The notes below the pieces were generated by a model, which saw nothing but the letters and a program-made list of their open reading frames with translations, did not search any database and was not told where the DNA came from. From positions 1 through 30,045 of the forward strand of contig JBQTGV010000064.1 of the NCBI GenBank assembly GCA_052390515.1: a stretch of 30,045 nucleotides of DNA. The letters run 5' to 3'. The translations under genes were made by a program, and so were the position numbers. This DNA comes from Candidatus Eiseniibacteriota bacterium (GTDB lineage: Bacteria; ARS69). Below are positions 24,832 to 30,045 of this stretch, one piece after another. The number at the start of each line of letters is the position of its first letter. The first letter of the stretch is position 1.

Positions 24832-27035
24832 TCCCGCACCTGCTCGAGCGCGCGCTCGAGCACCTCGTCACGGCCCGCGGCGATGCCGGCGACGGTCGGC
24901 TGCACCGCCACGGTCGGGAGGATGCCGACGCCGTGGTGGCGCAGGCCGCCGTGCTTGAGGACGCGCAGCCCGGTGAACCAGATCTCGTAGCCTCCGGGCA
25001 ACGCCGCGTTGCAGACGTTTCCGTTCGTACCCGCCGTCGCCTCGCCGACGAGGTCGCCGAGGCGGAACGCCTCCACGATCCCCATGCACGACTCGGCGAA
25101 GCTGATCGCTCGGCCGTCGATCAGGAAAGCCTTGCGGCCGGAGAGAAACGGCGCCTCGGGAGGGATCACCCAGCTCCTCTCCTGCAGGAACTCGACACCG
25201 GCACGGTCCGGCCGGCGCAGGACCGGGACGTGCCACTCCGGGCTCGTGAGCGTGTCAGTGGAGAGGTGCGAGAAGAAGAGGTCCCGGTCGAGGTTGCCGG
25301 GGTATCCACGGAAGTCGAACACGAGCCCGCGGGCCGCGGCCAGACTCGGCAACGCCTCGCGGTAGGCGGCGCCGTCGAAGCGCGTCGTGTCCACGTACCA
25401 GATGCCCGCCTCCAGCTCGGCGACGGCCTGCGGCCGTGGCGGCGGGGGAAGCTCGTCGGTCGGGGCCTTGGGACGCAGCTCCACGGCGAAGGGCTCGGCG
25501 TCCCCGACTCCGTGACGCACCGAGAGCGTGCGGGGCGCCGACGACGTGCAGCGGACGATCTCGGTCAACAGGCGTACGCGGGTCCACTGCGGCGTCGCGG
25601 CGGAGAGCTCCTCCGCCTTCCGCCGCGCGAGCTCCCGGACCGGCACTCCGTCCACCTCCAGGAGGATGTCTCCCGGCGCGAGGCCCGACCCTTCGCGGGC
25701 CGCAACGACGACGAGGTCCTCTGCGACCCAGGCCAGCTGGACCGGGAGCAGCAGACCGCGCGCCTCCACCTCGTGCTGCACGCGCGCATGGCCGTCGTCG
25801 AGCGCGGCGACCATCCGCCGCAGCGTCGCCAGGAAGGCGGGCTCGTCCTCGTCCAGGGCGGCCGCGGACAGCGCGTGCCGAAGCTCCGCGAGCCAGTCCC
25901 CGTCGATCACGTCGAAGTACGGATAGAAGTGCTGCGGGATGTTCCAGCCGACCACGACGGCGCCGAGGCGGCTGGCGCGGTCCCGCGCGTGCGGCGTGCG
26001 GCCGGCGTCGAGCCAGTGGCGTGGCTCGGCGGAAGCCCGCGGCAACGTGCCGTGCTCGTCGGCCAGCAGCATGAGCGGCACCCGGGCGCTCACGCCGCCC
26101 CCGAGGTCCACGAGCGGAGTGTCGCGAGGGATGGTGTAGCTCGGATCGGACGGCGCCACCTCGACCCGGGAGCTGCGGAAGTAGCCGTGGTGCAACCGGG
26201 CACGCTGTCGCGCACCGGCCGGCGCGTCCGCCGCTTGCCCGCCGGGATCCGTTCCCGTCGGGAAGACGGACACGGACGGCGCGATCGGATGGAAGATCTC
26301 TTCCAGGATCCGGGCGAGCGCCGAGGCGTCGCCGGCGGACTCGACCGCGGCGGCTCCACCCACCGCGATGCGGTCCCAGTCCGCGACCGACGCCTCGTCG
26401 GAGGGGTGGAAGTAGCGCACCATGCCGAAGAGACGCGCGAAGGCGACGACATTGGCCAGGCCGCGCTCGGTCAGCGGGCTCGGAGGCGAAGCTTCGACCG
26501 ACTGCGGAGCATCGCCCACCACCTCCAGCTGGGCGCGATCGGCCACCAGCGTCCCCGCTCCGATCAGCAGGATCCCCAGGTGCACCTTGAACGCGTCGCG
26601 GGCCACGTCCCCGACGATCTCGTACTCGCCCCAGGTCCTCGACGTGATCGGACGGCTCTCCATGTTGTCGAAGAACCCGACGCTGCCGTCCTCGCGGTCG
26701 ACGCGGAACCAGAGCTGCGCGCGTGCCTCGCCCTCCACGCGGACCGACATGCGGAAGCGGAGCCGGTGCCCTCGCAGCCGCTGGGCGTCAAGCGTCTGGA
26801 ACACGTTGCCGAACGACGGCGGACTGCCTTCCCCGACCCAGGCCAGACGCAGACAACGTTCGCCCTCGATGGTGCCCTCGCTGAGGAGCGACGCGTCGTA
26901 ACCCTGCCGGGCGTGGTACCAGCCCGCGGGCGCACTGCCGTCGCGCTGCTCGAAACCACCGTTCCTGAGCTCTTGCGAGGCCGCCGGCCCGGCGAGGAGG
27001 AAGCCGCACAGGGCGAGAGCGAGGCGCCGGATCAT
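24828..27035 (-). CDS. Secreted S41 family peptidase with an N-terminal carbohydrate-binding-like domain and a PDZ-like region
   Basis: Start revised to ATG 27035 (ATGA overlap with sdhB). Signal peptide; NGGFE…W…FDNM jelly-roll; RYFHPSD, HFYPYF, LDDGH, FDFRGYP, AISFAE (catalytic Ser), GTNGN, GVGILP. Confidence 0.88.
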   Translation of the reverse strand: MIRRLALALCGFLLAGPAASQELRNGGFEQRDGSAPAGWYHARQGYDASLLSEGTIEGERCLRLAWVGEGSPPSFGNVFQTLDAQRLRGHRLRFRMSVRVEGEARAQLWFRVDREDGSVGFFDNMESRPITSRTWGEYEIVGDVARDAFKVHLGILLIGAGTLVADRAQLEVVGDAPQSVEASPPSPLTERGLANVVAFARLFGMVRYFHPSDEASVADWDRIAVGGAAAVESAGDASALARILEEIFHPIAPSVSVFPTGTDPGGQAADAPAGARQRARLHHGYFRSSRVEVAPSDPSYTIPRDTPLVDLGGGVSARVPLMLLADEHGTLPRASAEPRHWLDAGRTPHARDRASRLGAVVVGWNIPQHFYPYFDVIDGDWLAELRHALSAAALDEDEPAFLATLRRMVAALDDGHARVQHEVEARGLLLPVQLAWVAEDLVVVAAREGSGLAPGDILLEVDGVPVRELARRKAEELSAATPQWTRVRLLTEIVRCTSSAPRTLSVRHGVGDAEPFAVELRPKAPTDELPPPPRPQAVAELEAGIWYVDTTRFDGAAYREALPSLAAARGLVFDFRGYPGNLDRDLFFSHLSTDTLTSPEWHVPVLRRPDRAGVEFLQERSWVIPPEAPFLSGRKAFLIDGRAISFAESCMGIVEAFRLGDLVGEATAGTNGNVCNAALPGGYEIWFTGLRVLKHGGLRHHGVGILPTVAVQPTVAGIAAGRDEVLERALEQVRE

Positions 27036-27781
27036 GAGCCGCGGCGGAAGGTCGCGCGGAGCCACTCGCGGTTCAGCTCCGTGATCACGTGGCGGGAGAT
27101 GCTCTTGGGGCACACGGCCTCGCACTCGTAGTGGTTCGAGCAGTTGCCGAAGCGCTCCTCGTCCATGCGCGCGACCATCCCGAGCACGCGCCGCTCGCGC
27201 TCCGGCTGCCCCTGCGGGAGATGCAGGAACTGCGAGACCTTCGCGCCGACGTACAGCATGGCCGAAGCGTTCGGGCAGGCGGCCACGCACGCGCCGCAGC
27301 CGATGCACGTGGCCGCGTCGAAGGCCCGATCCGCCTCCTCCTTCGGGATCAGCACCGTGTTCGCGTCGGGCGCACCGCCGGTGTTCACCGAGATGAAGCC
27401 CCCGGCCTGCTGGATGCGGTCGAACGCGGAGCGGTCCACGACGAGATCGCGGATCACGGGGAAAGCGCGCGCACGCCACGGCTCGACGACGATCGTCGCT
27501 CCGTCGCGGAAGTGGCGCAGGTGGAGCTGGCAGGCCGTCGTGCCGCGGCGCGGGCCGTGCGGAACGCCGTCGATCACCATGGAGCACATCCCGCAGATCC
27601 CCTCCCGGCAGTCGTGATCGAACGCGACCGGCTCCTCGCCGCCGGCCAGCAGGATCTCGTTCAGGGAGTCGAGCATCTCCAGGAAGGACTCGTCCGGGCT
27701 GACGTCGTCGACCTCGTAATCCACGAAGCGTCCGGCGCTCCTCGCGTCCTTCTGTCTCCAGATCCTGAGAGTGACCTTCAT
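27032..27781 (-). CDS. sdhB: Succinate dehydrogenase/fumarate reductase iron-sulfur subunit
   Basis: [12 protein letters not shown] [2Fe-2S], [25 protein letters not shown]. Confidence 0.97.
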   Translation of the reverse strand: MKVTLRIWRQKDARSAGRFVDYEVDDVSPDESFLEMLDSLNEILLAGGEEPVAFDHDCREGICGMCSMVIDGVPHGPRRGTTACQLHLRHFRDGATIVVEPWRARAFPVIRDLVVDRSAFDRIQQAGGFISVNTGGAPDANTVLIPKEEADRAFDAATCIGCGACVAACPNASAMLYVGAKVSQFLHLPQGQPERERRVLGMVARMDEERFGNCSNHYECEAVCPKSISRHVITELNREWLRATFRRGS

Positions 27782-27794
27782 CGCACGACCCCGC

Positions 27795-29711
<1,917 letters not shown>

Positions 29712-29712
29712 G

Positions 29713-30045
29713 TCACGAACCTCCCGAGCGCACGACCCCGAGCAGAACGGCGATGGGGATGACCGCGTTCCCCGCGGCCACCGCGACCGCCAGTCCCTGC
29801 GCGGTCCGGCGCACCAGAGGCTCCCACCGCGGGCTCGCGGCGCCGAGGGTCTGCACGCAGCTGGCGACGCCGTGGCTCAGGTGGAACCCGAGGAGGACGT
29901 TGGCCACCACATAGGAGGCGGCCACCGGCAAGGAGGAGAAGCCGAGCACCACCATGCGATGCACGTCGTGGCGCCCCTGCAGATCGTGCAGCGCGAAATG
30001 CTGCGGGTGGGTCACGCCGAAGGTGAAGTGCAGCAGGTGGTAGAC
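29713..30045 (-). CDS. sdhC: Succinate dehydrogenase cytochrome b subunit (partial, 5' end outside window)
   Basis: Frame open from the window edge: [10 protein letters not shown]…[17 protein letters not shown], with heme His motifs of a single-subunit anchor; directly upstream of sdhA. Confidence 0.93.
   Translation of the reverse strand, partial: VYHLLHFTFGVTHPQHFALHDLQGRHDVHRMVVLGFSSLPVAASYVVANVLLGFHLSHGVASCVQTLGAASPRWEPLVRRTAQGLAVAVAAGNAVIPIAVLLGVVRSGGS

Noticed and set aside
24828-27587. Apparent 919-aa peptidase overlapping sdhB
   Set aside because: The signal peptide begins at ATG 27035; the extra region is an alternate frame of sdhB.

Overview
High-GC (about 70% by eye) bacterial chromosomal window, probably from an FCB-related lineage such as Eisenbacteria or Krumholzibacteriota (inference from a FlgD/T9SS-type C-terminal domain, a PorT-like barrel and a three-subunit sdhCAB). 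It has four blocks. (1) 1-5611: a His-rich membrane protein coupled to an FMN-binding (flavinylation-motif) protein, a secreted PQQ-type sugar dehydrogenase, a divergent porin whose promoter carries a palindromic operator candidate, and two more outer-membrane beta-barrels. (2) 5834-15063: a tightly coupled 11-gene minus-strand aromatic-CoA catabolic operon (ALDH, crotonase, divergent PaaA-like diiron subunit, DUF59/PaaD-N, two PaaB-like proteins, PaaC-like subunit, stand-alone PaaD-type Zn ribbon, second crotonase, PaaY-like protein, second ALDH), next to a tandem-CDGSH [2Fe-2S] protein and a divergent 3-hydroxyacyl-CoA dehydrogenase. The window has no paaE, paaZ, paaK or boxAB, and one crotonase looks BoxC-like, so this is the best candidate for an uncharacterised Paa/Box hybrid ring-epoxidation pathway. 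(3) 15077-24831: an envelope glycan-modification locus (two GT-C-like membrane proteins, a DPM1-like GT2, an MBOAT-SGNH fusion, two Thr-type sulfatase-fold lipoproteins). (4) 24828-30045: an S41 peptidase and sdhCAB. No RNA genes, CRISPR arrays or mobile elements were seen. Family calls come from recognising motifs by eye, not from database searches.
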